NCBI GenBank assembly: GCA_965287045.1
Contig: OZ336901.1
Location: 9,114,001-9,178,000, forward strand
DNA from: Carcharhinus amblyrhynchos
Taxonomy: Eukaryota
Direction: 5' to 3'
Length of the DNA stretch: 64,000 bases
Of this stretch, positions 47,790 through 60,704 are shown piece after piece; position 1 is the stretch's first letter, and every line of letters begins with the position of its first letter. Below the pieces are notes generated by a model, which did no database searches, was not told where the DNA came from, and was given only the letters and a program-made list of their open reading frames with translations. A program made the translations under genes and the position numbers.

Positions 47790-49785
47790 TTTCCAGTACT
47801 TTGGTAACTGGAAGGGTTGTTCATCCAGGGCTTCCAGGGTGGAGGGCATGCTCTTGCTGACTTCTTACTCAAAATGGGTGTAGAATGCATTGAGCTCATC
47901 AGGGAGTAGTGCATTGGAACCAGCTGTTTTACATGCCTTCATCTTGTAGCCTATGTCTTACAGATCTTGCCACAGCTAGCGGGGTCAATGTGGCTAGCCT
48001 GTGACTCTATCTTGATCCAATACTCTCTTTTGGCATCTTTGATGGATCTCCTTAGGTCATATCTGGCTTTCTTGTATAGGTCAGTGTCGCCTGACTTGAA
48101 CCCCTTAGACGTGGACTTCAGCAAGCAGCAGATATCCCTGTTCAGCCATGGTTTCCAGTTGGGGAACAGATGGATTTACTTTTTTGGCACACAATCTTCT
48201 ACACATTTACTAATGAACTTAGTTACTGTAGTGTCATACCCATTCAGGCTGGTCGCAGAGATTCCTCAGAATGACTTTCTTTGATGGATTCTCCCACTTC
48301 AGTTTTTGCTTGTAAGCCAGGAAAGGAGCACAGCTTTGTGGTTGATTCGCCAAAGTGTGGGCAGGCGATACAGCGTTAGGCATTTTGATATTTAAGAACA
48401 TAAGAAAATAAGAACATAAGAAATAGGAGCAGGAGTAGGCCATCTAGCCCTTCGAGCCTGCCGCGCCATTCAATGAGATCATGGCTGATCTGAAGTGGCT
48501 CAGTTCCACTTTCCTGCTTTCTCCCCATAACCCTTAATTCCCTTGCCTACCAAAAACCTATCTACCCGTGTCTTAAATATATTTAGCGAGGTAGCCTCCA
48601 CCACTTCAACGGGCAGAGAATTCGAGATTCACCACCCTTTGAGTGAAGAAGTTCCTCCTCAACTCCGTTCTAAACTGCCCCCCCTTTATCTTGAGGCTGT
48701 GCCCTCTCATCCTGCTGTCCTTTCTGAGCGGGAAGAATCTCTCTACCTCTACCCTATCCATCCTCTTCATTATCTTATACATCTCTATAAGATCCCCCTC
48801 ATCCTTCTAAACTCCAACGAGTACAGACCCAGTCTATTCAACCTCTCTTCATAGTCCAACCCCCTCATCTCCGCTATCAGCCTAGTGAAACTCCTCTGCA
48901 CTCCCTCCAAGGACAAAATACAAGTGCGGCGACCAAAACTGCACATAGTACTCCAGCAAGTGTGGTGACCAAAACTGCACACAGTACTCCAGCTGCGGGC
49001 TCACCAGTGCCCTGTACAGTCACAGCAAGACCTCCCTGCTTTTATATTCTATCCCCCTTGCTATAAAGGCCAGCATCCCATTCACCTTCTTGATCACCTG
49101 CTGCACCTGCAGACTGGGTTTTTGCGACTCGTGCACAAGGACCCCCAGGTCCCTCTGCACCAAAGCATGCTGCAGCTTTTCGCCCTTTAAATAGTAATCC
49201 CTCCTACTATTATTCCTGCCAAAGTGGATAACCTCACACTTGCTAACATTGTACTCCATCTGCCAGGTCCTCGCCCACTCGCTCAGCCTATCTAGATCCC
49301 TCTGCAGACTTTCCACATCCTCTGCACAATTTGCTTTTCCACTTATCTTCATGTCATCAGCAAATTTCGACACCCTATACTCAGCCCCCTCCTCCAGATC
49401 ATCTATATAAATGGTAAATAGTTGAGGCCGCAGCACCGATCCCTGCGGCACTCCACTAGTCACCAACCGCCAATCAGAATAGCACCCATTGATACCAACT
49501 CTCTGCCTCCTATTAGACAACCAATCCTCTATCCACGCTAACACCTTACCCCCCAACTCCATGCCCCCTAACCTTCTGAAGCAACCTTTTGTGCAGCACC
49601 TTATTTGTGTAACAGTGGCGTAGGATGTTTGGCCTCTGGTGGAATGGGAGATGTTTTGGTGGTAACTTGGTAGTATGCTTGAACTTGACCTGATTGAACT
49701 TAGCCTGATCAAGACTATTTGTAGTGGTGTATATTTCGTCCAGCGCAATTTTCATGTCCGCCTGGGGTGGGATGTAACTGCCATT
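47790..49785 (-). mobile_element. Rex1/Babar LINE fragment interrupted by CR1
   Basis: Inverse of 51575-52260 (LAYKQKLKWENPSKK; NWKPWLNRDI); HSTRG/QNI block resumes after 49606. Confidence 0.85.
48394..49601 (-). mobile_element. 5'-truncated CR1, same family as 4476-8117
   Basis: Near-identical peptide (WIEDWLSNRRQRVG..GVPQGSVL..KFADD..HESQKPSLQVQQ); same (TTCTTATG)n tail; TATTT on both flanks. Confidence 0.93.
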
Positions 49786-50219
49786 AGGATAACGGAGGTG
49801 AACTCTAGCAGAAGGTAGTAGAGGTGGCATTTTAGCACAAGGTGTTCTGGGGAGCAGAAAGTTGCCAATGTGAGCTATCCAGTTCTTTTCATATGCTACA
49901 AAATAAAGAATTCTCATTTGCCTGGATATAGCTACTGTGCATATCATAGAACAGGAAGCTGTGGGCTTGGTAATAATGTATTCAACCACAATGAACTATG
50001 ACATAAATTATTTCTGTGTTAAGAATGGCAATGAAATTGAGCCAAACCAGAAATGTCAAAACCATTGCCCAAAATTAATTGTGAAAACAAAAAAAAGAGC
50101 AACCCTGAGGAAGTTGATTCAAATGGAAATTAGTTCATTCAAATTCCATTTATTCAAATGGAAATTTTATGTTGCATCTCTACTGAGATACAACAGATGA
50201 TTATTTAGGGCTATATTTG

Positions 50220-50640
50220 CCACTATTTTTCTCTAGTTTCTCTCCTATCGCCCCTCATCATGTCCATGAGCCCACTTACTGTTCCCTTGACCTGATCCTC
50301 ATTAACCTCCCTTCCTGGTCTCCACGTTAGCTAATATTGTTAACTATTCTACTCTTCAGGTTCTGTCCTTGTCAACACTTTCAGTTCTGCCATCATCATC
50401 CCTCTCCTCAAAAAAAACCATTGATTGACCCCTCCGTCCTTGCAAACTATCCAACTCCAATTTCCTTTCCTCACCAAAGTCAGTGTGTTGTGGCCATGCA
50501 CCTCCTTCCCCACCTCAAAATTCATTCCCATCTTTCCTGAACAATGTGTTTGAATCCTTGCAATCAGGTTTCTGTCTGGGCTGATTCTGTACAGGAGGAG
50601 ATCATTGTCAGATGAGTCTTTGTGCAAAATAGATACTCAT
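50220..50640 (+). mobile_element. L2-type LINE RT fragment
   Basis: LKKKPLIDPSVLANYP..S ('KK..LDP..L.NYRPIS' block), then tttgaatcc..caatcaggtttc. Confidence 0.65.
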
Positions 50641-51574
50641 GCGGACCTCCCATTATCACTGTTGCCACCAGACAGTCCCTGGTGACATACTTCTACCTAA
50701 AGAACCTTGATCATTGACTTTATATTTACACAAGAGAGAGAATAAGCTTCAGTGAATTGGAATTAGTCATATTCATATGGCTGAAATCCTCATCATTATA
50801 AATCAAAAAACAGTATGGCAAACAAATGTCATCATAAGTCATTCACAAGCTTTTCCTCTCACATGAACACAAATGACTTAAATTACAAGCCCATGTTGCC
50901 AAACTGTCTGTAATCAAACCATGCCCCACAGTGCTGGAGTAACACAACGTTAGAATTCAATCCCTTTACATGCTGATTGGATTTTATGTTGTAGTATACG
51001 TGCAGATAAAGTATCTTGCACTTAAGGAGCCCATAATTGCAACAACTTGAAAAAACTTGCTCACCATTCATTTCAGCCAATGGTCCATTTTCTGATATGG
51101 GCACCAGGTGAAATAATCCTGGCTTCTACAGACCTCTGCTTACCACAGAAAGCACATTCTGTGACACCTGGAATGCAAACACAACCAAAATACGGAGCAC
51201 AACAGAGGAACAATATTCCCTCTCAAGCTAAGATAACTACACCTAGACCAATGTGTAACACTGTACTCACATTGTATTGTACCCAGCAATCATGCTTGAG
51301 ATGAACCTGCTGCCCAGCATCTGTTCATGAAGTCTAATCATTGAGCCTCGCTTAAATTCAAATTTGAATTGACAACAAAAGGTGCCCGCTGCTGGGTCTG
51401 AGCATGTGCAAAATCTGTGTGCTCAACTTTCAATGTTAAGGTGGGTTTGATTTTAATATATGTTAAAAGTAGCATGTGGTGCTCCATGACCACTGACAGC
51501 CCTATTGGTTTCCTCCCTCTTAATCACACTGTTATGTCCTGACAGTGTGCAACTGAGAACTGGTCATGGAGCAA

Positions 51575-53780
51575 CGGTGTGGACACATGGTCCAAACATC
51601 CTAGACCACTGTTACCAAGTATCAAATATGTCTACCGCTCTATTGTCCACCCACATTTTGGCAAATCAGAGCACTGGGCTGTGCTCCTGCTCCTGGTTTA
51701 CAAGCAAAAACTGAAGTGGGAGAATCCATCAAAGAAAGCCATGCAAAGGTGGTCTGATAGTCTGAGGAATCGGATGATCGCCTAACGATCTGCTTAGAAT
51801 CAGTGGACTGGTCAGTATTTAAAAACTGTGCGACTAGCTTGAACGAGTACACTACTACAGTAACTGACTTCATTAGATGACTGTGTGCTAAAGAAGCATA
51901 TCCTTGTGTTTCCAAACCAGAAACCATGGATGAACAGGGATATCCACCGCTTGCTGAAGTCTAGGTCTGAAGCGATCAAGTCATGCGACTCTGACCTATA
52001 CAAGAAAGCCAGATAAGACATAAGAAGATCCATCAAAGATGCCAAAAGACAGTACAGGACCAAGCTACAGTCCCAGGCTAGTCACATGGATCCCCACTGA
52101 CAATGACAAGGACTGCAAGACATAACGGGCCACAAGATGAAGGCACGTAAAATCGCCGGCTCCAATGAACCCCTCCCTGATGAGCTCAATGCATTCTATG
52201 CCCATTTTGAGCAAGAAGTGAGTGAGAGCATGTCCTCCATCCTGGAAGCCTTGGATGAAGCTGCATCTGAGATCACCATTGCAGATGTCAGAGCAGCTTT
52301 CTCGAAGGTCAACCCACAGAAAGCAACTGGCCCGGATGGGGTACCTGGACAAGCACGCAGATCCTGCGCAGCGTTGCTAGTGAGGGTATTCACAGAAATC
52401 TTCAAACTCTCATTATGACAATCTGAGGTCCTTATCTGCTTCAAGAAGATGACCATTATCCCAGTACCAAAGAAAAGCCAAGAAGCATGCCTCAGTGACT
52501 ATCGTCCGGTGGCTCTGACATGCATCATTATGAAGTGCTTTGAAAGGTTAGTCATGGTACGAATCAATTCCAGTCTCCCGGATTGCTTGGATCCACAATA
52601 GTTCGCCTGCTGCTGCAATAGGTCCACAGCAGACACCATCTCCCTTGCCCAGTACTCAATCCTGGAACACGTAGATAACAAAGACATCTATGTAAGTCTC
52701 CTATTTATTTACTGCAGCTCAGCCTTCAACACCATTACTCCTTCAAAACTCATCTCCAAATTCTGTGGCCTGGGCCTTGGCTCCCCCTCTGCGACTGGAT
52801 GCTGAACTTCCTAACCCACAGATCACAATCAGTAAGGATAGGTAACAACACCTCCTCCATGATCATCCTCAACACCAGTGCCCCACAAGGCCGTGTTCTC
52901 AGCCCTTTACTGTAGACCTATGACTATGTGACCAAATTCCCCTCCAACTTGATTTTCAAATTTGCTGACGACACCACCATAGTGGGTCAGATCTCAAACA
53001 ATGATGAGACAGAGTACCAGAATGAGATAGATAATCTGGTGAACTAGATTGATGACAATAATCTCTCCCTCAATGCCAAAAAAATGAAGGAGATAGTTAT
53101 TGACTTCAGGAAGCGTAAAGAAGAACATGCCCCTCTGTACATCAACGGGGACAAAGTAGAAATGGTCGAAAGCTTAAAGTTTTTAGGTGTCCAGATCACC
53201 AACAATCTGTCCTGATCCCCCTCCCATGCCGACACTGTAGTTAAGAAAGCCCACCAACACCTCTACTTTCTCAGAAGATTAAGGAAATTTGGCACATCAG
53301 TTACGACTCTCGCCAACATTTATAGATGCACCATAGAAAGCATTTTTTCTGGTTGTATCACAGCTTGGTATGGCTTCTGCTTTGCCCTAAACTGCAAGAA
53401 ACTACAAAAGGGTCATGAATGTAGCCCGATCCATCCCGCAAACCAGCCTCCCATCCATTGATTCTGTCTACACTTCCAACTGCCTCGGCAAAGCAGCCAG
53501 TATAATTAAGGACCCCATGCACCCCAGCATATTCTTTTCCACCTTCTTCCATCAGGAAGAAGATACAAAAGCCTGTGGTCGTGTACCAACCGACTCAAGA
53601 ACAGCTTCTTCCCTGCTGCCATCAGATCTTAGAATGGCCCAACTCGCATTAAGTTGATCTTTCTCTACACCCTAGCTATAACTGTAACATTACATCCTGC
53701 ACTCTCTTGTTTCCTTCTTTATGAATGGTATGCTTTGTCTGTAAAGTGCACAAGAAAAATACTTTTCACTATATACTAAT
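51575..53780 (+). mobile_element. Rex1/Babar-clade LINE, decayed, 5'-truncated
   Basis: [69 protein letters not shown]; 3'UTR present. Confidence 0.92.
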
Positions 53781-53999
53781 GCATGTGACACTAAATAAAA
53801 ACATATAAATGGCTGGTAGGAGGGCAAGTGGATCCAATGATGAGCATGGAAATGTTCATCACTCAGTCACCCACCAAGTCTTGACAGCTAACCAAATGAC
53901 TGCATAATACACCCTCCCTGACTCTTATTCTACTGCATTCCCCAAAATAAAAATCAAGTTCAGGCAGACTTTATTGAGATTGGGTTCACAGAACTTGGA

Positions 54000-55050
54000 A
54001 ATTCTCTTGAGTTTGCACATCAGACCTGAGAATGAAAACCTGGTCCTTTGGTATCAATCTGAACCTGAGATGAGCTTCCAACCCCATGTTTATGGCATCT
54101 CTAAGACCATCTTTTTCCACTTCCATGGTCACCCTTGCCTCAGCTCTGCTCGTCTGTTCATGAAACCCTCATCCGTGTCTTTGCTACCTCTAGTCTTGAC
54201 TATTCCAACACTCGTGGCTGGTTTCTCAGATTCTGGCCTTCGTAAACTTGAGGTTATCAAAATTGCTGCGTGCACAATGTCCTGTTCCCTATTATCCCTG
54301 TCTCTCGCACAAGCAACATTTTGATTTTAGAAATCATGGAACCATACAGTGCAAAAAGAGGCCCTTCGGCCCATCGAGTCTGCACCAACCACAATCCCAC
54401 CCAGGCCCTACCCCTATATTGCTACATATTTTACCCACTAATCCCTCTAACCTACGCATCTCAGGATACTAAGGAACAATTTTAGCATGGCCAATCAACC
54501 TAACCCGCACATCTTTGGACTGTGGGAGGAAACCGGAGCACCCGGAGGAAACCACACATAGACATGAGGAGAATATGCAAACTCCACACAGACAGTGACC
54601 CGAGCCAGGAATCGAACCCAGTCCCTGGAGCTGTGAAGCAGCAGTGCTAAACACAGTGCTACCGTTTTTTTAATATTCTCATCCTTGTTCCTGGCTTTGC
54701 ACTCCCTATCTCTGTAATCTCCTCCAACCCTACAACCCTCTGAGATACTTCCACATCTCTAATCCTGTGCTCTGATGCATTTCCAATCATAATTGCTCCA
54801 CCATTGGTGACCATGCCTTCAGCTGCCTAGGCCCCAACTCTGGAATTCTCTCCCTTCAACTTCTTAGCCTCTCTACCTTCTTTTCCTCCTTTAAAACATT
54901 TCTTAAAACCTACCTGTCTGACCAAGTTTTTGATCATTTGAACATAATATCTTTCTATGTGGCTCAGTGTCACACTTTTATAATGTTCCTATGAAGATCC
55001 CTGGGACGTTTCACTACAATAAAACGTAGTATAAATTTAATTTTGTGTTG
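54000..55050 (+). mobile_element. L2-type LINE 3' region with SINE inserted
   Basis: gaaaccctcatc...acctctag.cttgactattccaa (SRLDYSN), cttaaaacctacct..ttgaccaag, ctgggacgtttcactac. Confidence 0.75.
54325..54665 (-). mobile_element. HE1-like SINE, full length
   Basis: Canonical head, core and tail. Confidence 0.92.
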
Positions 55051-55639
55051 TTGATGTTGTAAGTGGTTAAGAGGGTATGCAGAAGGTAATGTAAGAAAAA
55101 TACTGCTGAGTTTTTGCTCAGACAGGAATGCTGCATATTCTGCATTTGCAAAACTAACATTAATTGATCCAACCAATCAAATTCTGTGGGTCATCAGCAG
55201 CAGCAGAATTATATTCGATCATAATCAGAATTGTATTCAATCAAAGAACTATCTGCATCCTAAACAGTGAAAGCATCATGCAGTAGACAGAGCCAAGCAA
55301 TCTCACAACCAAAAGATCAGATCTAAGGTCTGCAGCTCTGCAACATCCAGTTACGAATGGTGGTGGACAACTAACAGGAGGAGGCAGCTCCACAAGTATC
55401 TCCATTGTCAATGATGGGACAGCTCAGCACATCAAAAGACAAGGCATTTTCAATGGCCAGAAGTGTCAGGTGAATGAGCTATCTTGGCTTCCTCCAAAGG
55501 TCCCAGCATCACAGATGCCAGTCTTCAGCCAATTTGATTTACTCCGTGTGATAAAAGAAATGACTGAAGGCACTGGATGCTGCAAAGGTATTGGCCTTGA
55601 CAACATTTCAGTGATAGTACTGAAGACTTGTGCTCCAGA

Positions 55640-56066
55640 AGTTACAAAGAGAGACTGAATAGGTTAGGGCTTTATTCCCTGGACCGTAGAAGAATGAGGG
55701 GAGATTTGATAGAGGTGTATAAGATTTTGATGGGTATTGATAGAGTGAATGCAAGCAGACTTTTTCCACTGAGGCTAGGGGAGAAAAAACCAGAGGGCAT
55801 GGGTTACGGGTGAAAGGAGAAAAGTTTAAAGGGAATATTGGGGGGGGGGCTTCTTCACGCAGAGCGATGGGAGTTTGGAATGAGCTGCTGGATAAAGTGG
55901 TAAAAGCGGGGTCACTTTTAACATTTAAGAAAAACTTGGACGGGTTCATGGGTGTAGAGGGATATGGTCTGAGTGCAGGTCAGTGGGATTAGGCGAAAAA
56001 AATGGTTTGGTGCAGACAAGAAGGGCCAAAAGGTCTGTTTCTGAGCTGTAGTTTTCTATGGTTCTA
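55640..56066 (+). mobile_element. CR1 3' end
   Basis: SYKERLNRLGLYSLDRRRMRGDLIEVYKIL; tail ttttctatggttcta. Confidence 0.9.
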
Positions 56067-56130
56067 AGTAGCTAAGCCGATCCTGTACAGCTACAATACT
56101 AACATTTACTAGCGTGGAAAATTTCTGATA

Positions 56131-56430
56131 TGGCACGGTGGCATAGTGGTTAGCACTGCTGCCTCACAGTGCCAGCGACCCAGGTTGAGTCACTGTCTGT
56201 GTGGAGTTTGCACATTCTCCCATGTCTGCGTGGATTTCCCCTGGATGGTCCAGTTTCCTCCCACAGTCCAAAGATGTGTGGGTTACATTGATTGGCCATG
56301 ATAAATTGACACTTAGTGTCAGGGGGATTAGCAGGGTAAATATGTGGGGTTATGGGAATGGGGTGGAAATGTGGTTGGTGCAGATTTGATGGGCTGAATG
56401 TTGTCCTTCTGTGCCGTAGGGATTCTATGA
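56131..56430 (+). mobile_element. HE1-like SINE
   Basis: ggcacggtggcatagtggttagcactgctgcctcacag head. Confidence 0.9.
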
Positions 56431-56961
56431 TGTCCTGTCCACAAAAAAAACAGATCCAACCCAGCCCACTATTGTTCCATCAGCCTATCTCAATCATCAG
56501 CAGAGTGATGAAAGTTGTCACTTACAGTGCTATCAAGCAGCACTTACTCAATAATAACTGACATTCAGCTTGGGATCCGCCAGGGCTGGTCAGCTCTTGA
56601 CCTCATTACAACTTTAGTCCAAACATTGATAGAAGAGCTGAACTCAGAGGTGAATGAGGTGAGACGGACTGCTCTTGACATCAAGGTAGCATTTAACTAA
56701 GTGTAACCCAGACATGGTTCAGAAGCTTCTGGTTCTCTCAGCCTGACTGTTCACATCAGTTCTAAATTTAATGCATTGGTTGACTTCTCCTGAAGAAGGC
56801 ATCGGTCACAACTTTGATGCAGTGAATTGGAGATGTCATACATGTCTCCATTGGGCCCCTTGAATGTGTCATAGACATTTAGGACCACAGAGATCTTGAC
56901 AGCCACTGGCATAGGATGCCCATCAATGCAATCTGAACTCACCCCTACTGCCATCAAGACA

Positions 56962-57201
56962 TGAAGTAGAGATGCCGGCGTTGGACTGGGGTAAACACAG
57001 TAAGAAGTCTCACAACATCAGGTTAAAGTCCAACCAGTTTATTTGATAGTAATCTTACAAGCTTTCAGAAACGGTGTTCCTTTCAGTGTTCCTTCGTCAG
57101 GTTCCACACACCTGACGAAGGAACACTGTTTCCAAAAGCTTGTAAGATTACTATCAAATAAACTGGTTGGACTCTAACCTGGTGTTGTGAGATTTCTTAC
57201 A
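56962..57201. mobile_element. Penelope-like element terminal repeats in inverted (palindromic) arrangement
   Basis: Arms ~57000-57102 and ~57111-57200 are reverse complements; 11-bp TSD CCATCAAGACA at 56951-56961 and 57202-57212. Confidence 0.8.
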
Positions 57202-58292
57202 CCATCAAGACAGATAGATCAACCTTAGGACAGGCGCAGTCTTCAGCACAACTGCAGATCCGACATGTGGGAATTTATCCATTCTCTGTGGGTCCTAGCA
57301 ACTGCTATCCTCGCCACCTTGCCATTCTGTGTTTCATAAGCCCTGTGGCCTTCTACTGATTCCCGATCACCAGGCTGTCTCTGCAAGTGGCCAGAAGGTA
57401 GCTGATATCCAGTTCCATTTTCCCACTTTTCCCTTTCTTTCAGAAGGTTGTCTTCACTGGAGGAACTCATGCCTCTTGGGCATTGCCCCTATCATGAGAT
57501 CAAACTTTCATGGTTGCTAAAAAGCATTCCCATCCCTCCCCCACCACCTAAATGTATTTTTTTAAAGTCAGAATTAAATTATATAATTTAAACATTTGCT
57601 CTGACGTTAAGAACTAGGCTGCATTGTTGAATCTTTGCTATCACTAATGAAACTTCAGTGTCAAACCCCATAAGACTATTTGTTTTTAATGCTATTTCTG
57701 TTGCTGAGATGGTGGTGTATTAGTAATTTCACTTGTATTCCAGAGGCCCAGACTAGTACTCTGGGGACTTTGATTCAAATCCCATCACAGCAGCTTGTGG
57801 AATTTAAAGTCATCTAGCCAACCAGTTCCTCCTATTCCTCTGAAGTAATTCCTTGTTTCTCCTTATCTGTGCAATTTGATATACCTGCTGCTAGCTGCTT
57901 AGGCTCACCAGTTACATCGTCCAGGATGTGTACAGCAAAAATATATATGTGAGATGCAGAATCCAATGTGGTACTGTCTCCTATATAACCCTCTTTATCC
58001 ACATTCATAGTCATCCATTGTTATCTACACTTTCATGACTTGACTACAAACAAAATCATCTCTCACACCTTCTTACCCTCAACCAATGCCACACCCTTCT
58101 GCTTTGATCCCTAAAATAAACTCAGCTACAGTATTTTAAACATCCAACTGCCTTGTTTTTGACTGTCCATTTGTCACAGATAGCCCTGCCACAATTGTTT
58201 TGCTCCACTTTGCTCCATTTTTTTGGTCCACTTTAGCTCCAGTGCAGCAAAGTTGATAATATCTAGTGCATTTTAGCTGGGCCAAAGATCAT

Positions 58293-59101
58293 GGGTGTGA
58301 TTTTCCAAAAAATTCTAAGTTCCCAGCAGATGGAAAACGGCATTTTTGGCCTAATCCTGCCCGAAAGGCTGGCATCAGACTGCTGAGGGGGCCAATATGC
58401 ATGCACCGATTTCACAGTATTCCCCCTGCTGACATCATTGGCCTCCTGATCACCAGCCCAGAACCCCGTACCCCAAAACATCACTGCCCTGAACCCCACA
58501 CCCAATGGTTGCCAGCCCCCTGATGGCTGGACCCAACCTCTGCCAGTCCCCAACACTAGCCTTCACCCCAATGCAGAGCTATCCCCATTCCCTCCTCCGC
58601 CCACCCCTCATCTGGCCCTGACCCTTCTTGCCATAACCGCTTGGCACTGCCCAGTGTCCCTTGGACACTGCCATTGTGTGCAGCGGGCAGTACTAGGCTG
58701 GCTCAGCCAGAGTGCCAGGCTGGCACTGCTCAAGGGGCACCCCTGTGCTTCCAACCTGCCAAGGGGCCTCAATGGTCTCTGCTCCCACCAGCGTGGCCAT
58801 CATGCCTGGTCCTTGTTGCTGGAGACTATACTTGATCGCGGCTGATGTGGTCTTCTGTTCGCAGGGTCAAAAACATTAGCGAGCTAGGACGTCCTGGGTT
58901 CGCTAAAAAGATGCAAATATGCATTTCCACATTGTGATCAGTCTCATGCTGTTCCCTAGAGCAAGGCTAATTACATGGAGAAAAATGACCCTGGAAGATC
59001 ACAACTGGCCAGACACCAGTCGCAATTCCTGTTTTTGGCCACCCACTGACATTTCCTGGCCCGCTGCGCTATTTGAACAGCAGCTGGGGAAAATTGCTCC
59101 C
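58293..59101. mobile_element. TIR element of the GCACTTAGAA family (opposite orientation to 37583)
   Basis: GGGTGTGATTTTCC..TTCTAAGT ... GGGGAAAATTGCTCCC; GGCA/TGCC cluster at 58640-58760. Confidence 0.65.
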
Positions 59102-59179
59102 TATATATTCATATGTAATTGGTTTAGATTTAGCTGGATCAAATCAAGCGGTGGGCCTCATACCCTCCTGTTAAAATTG

Positions 59180-59600
59180 CCATCTACTCTAGTGTCATCC
59201 TGGTGAACAAAGGAACGCCCTCCTTTCCTTCATTGCCAACTGCCTCGTTAAACCCTTCTCATCTGCCATCTTCATTTTTAGCTCTAATAATGTGAGGAGA
59301 TTATGAATTGCTTTGTCACTAAAATTAAAATAAAATATTTGATTGCCTCTGTTGCTTCCTCCCTTTTCTTGCTCATTAACCCAATTCTCCCAACCCATGG
59401 ACTTCTTGCCTGTGCCCTGAACTTCCAGTATCTCCTTTACTTCTCTCCCTCCTTCTCCGGGCTTAGCCTGTCCATGTGGCCCACCTCTTGTTCTCTTGAC
59501 AGCATTCTTATCATACTGCTAACCATCTTCCCTTCCTAGTGTACATGCTAGCAGATTTATAAATTGTTCCCTCTCCTCAAGTCCTATACCTCAACTTTTT
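59180..59600 (+). mobile_element. L2-type LINE fragment
   Basis: attgctttgtcactaaaatt...cccacctcttgttctcttgac..attc (TSC.LD.IP block). Confidence 0.5.
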
Positions 59601-60704
59601 AAAACCAATTCTGCAGTATTTGGTTCTAAGCTTACCATAATGAGGAACTAAAAATTATACCTCCCAAAATATAAATTCCGCTAGTTTTCAGACATTTTAG
59701 AAATACTGAAAATCTTTAAAAATAAAAAGTATTATTAAATAGTGCTGTAAGCATTGCAACAAAAGCATTTATTTTCTTTTACAAACTTCATTAAATATTT
59801 TTTCCTACCCATTCAAAGTGGACTTCATAAGGGAAAAGTGAATTCCTGGTGCAAATATCATGACAATGGTGCAGACATTTAAATATTTCCATACGTATTC
59901 TGTGCAGAGGCCACACCAAATCCGTGTAAGCTATCCAGCAAACAAAGTACTGACAGGATCCACAAGCAGAAGGATTCAGTCACGGAGTGTGCCAGTTGTT
60001 CACCCAATTGTACAATTCACCCTTCCTCCATTCTCAGCATTTGCAGTTCAGAAAAACTACACTGGTATTACACACACAAATGCATATGTTAGTGCTAAGT
60101 ACATCGTCATGAGGCTATGCCCTTTTATTTTAAAAAAATGATCTTTCAATTGACTTGCAATCATTGTAACAATCATTGTGACTCAGTCAGGCACAGCAAA
60201 ATGTCAACTACAATCTGCAGTGGTACATGAGTTTAGATGCCAGAGTGTCCCTTCAGCAGTTCTTGAGTCAGCATTGGAAATTTTGATGGAAAAATATAGT
60301 CCAAATACGAGACAGGCTTAGCAGAAAGGGGAGATCTTGCAAATTACCACCTGAGACAATCTGTTAGAGAGATTGATGCCCAATGCCAGTCTTACACCTG
60401 GCAGCAAGTTGAAATCTCAGCTAGTGGTGCCAGAAGTATTGACTTAATCAGCTCCTTAAACAATCCCTGTTAAACACTGCTTAGATCTTTATCATCAAGC
60501 ACAGATCTGTTAACACTGAAACGTGTTACATCTGTTTATTCCCGCTTCAGAGCGGGCCAGGAACTTGTTGCCATGTGTTAATTTGAAATGTGCACAAGGT
60601 AATTTCACAAGACCCTGCTGCCATGTGGCATCCTACTAGTTGTGAATCTATAATGGAGAATTGAGCCAAGAGTATTGTATCGTATCATCAATCCTTGATG
60701 GCAA

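Larger units (their letters stand above)
55200..56700 (+). mobile_element. 'Family B' LINE fragment with nested CR1 3' end and SINE
   Basis: EWWWT, KG.G.DNI..IVLKTCAPE, continuing at 56070 (tacagctacaa) and 56430 (gtcctgtccacaaaaa). Confidence 0.8.

Noticed and set aside
49020-49989. 242-aa and 147-aa ORFs as novel genes
   Set aside because: Chance read-through across the Rex1/CR1 junction.
60230-60420. Myb/SANT-like Harbinger ORF remnant (ALEIL, TWQQ)
   Set aside because: Too few residues and multiple stops; cannot be supported by eye.
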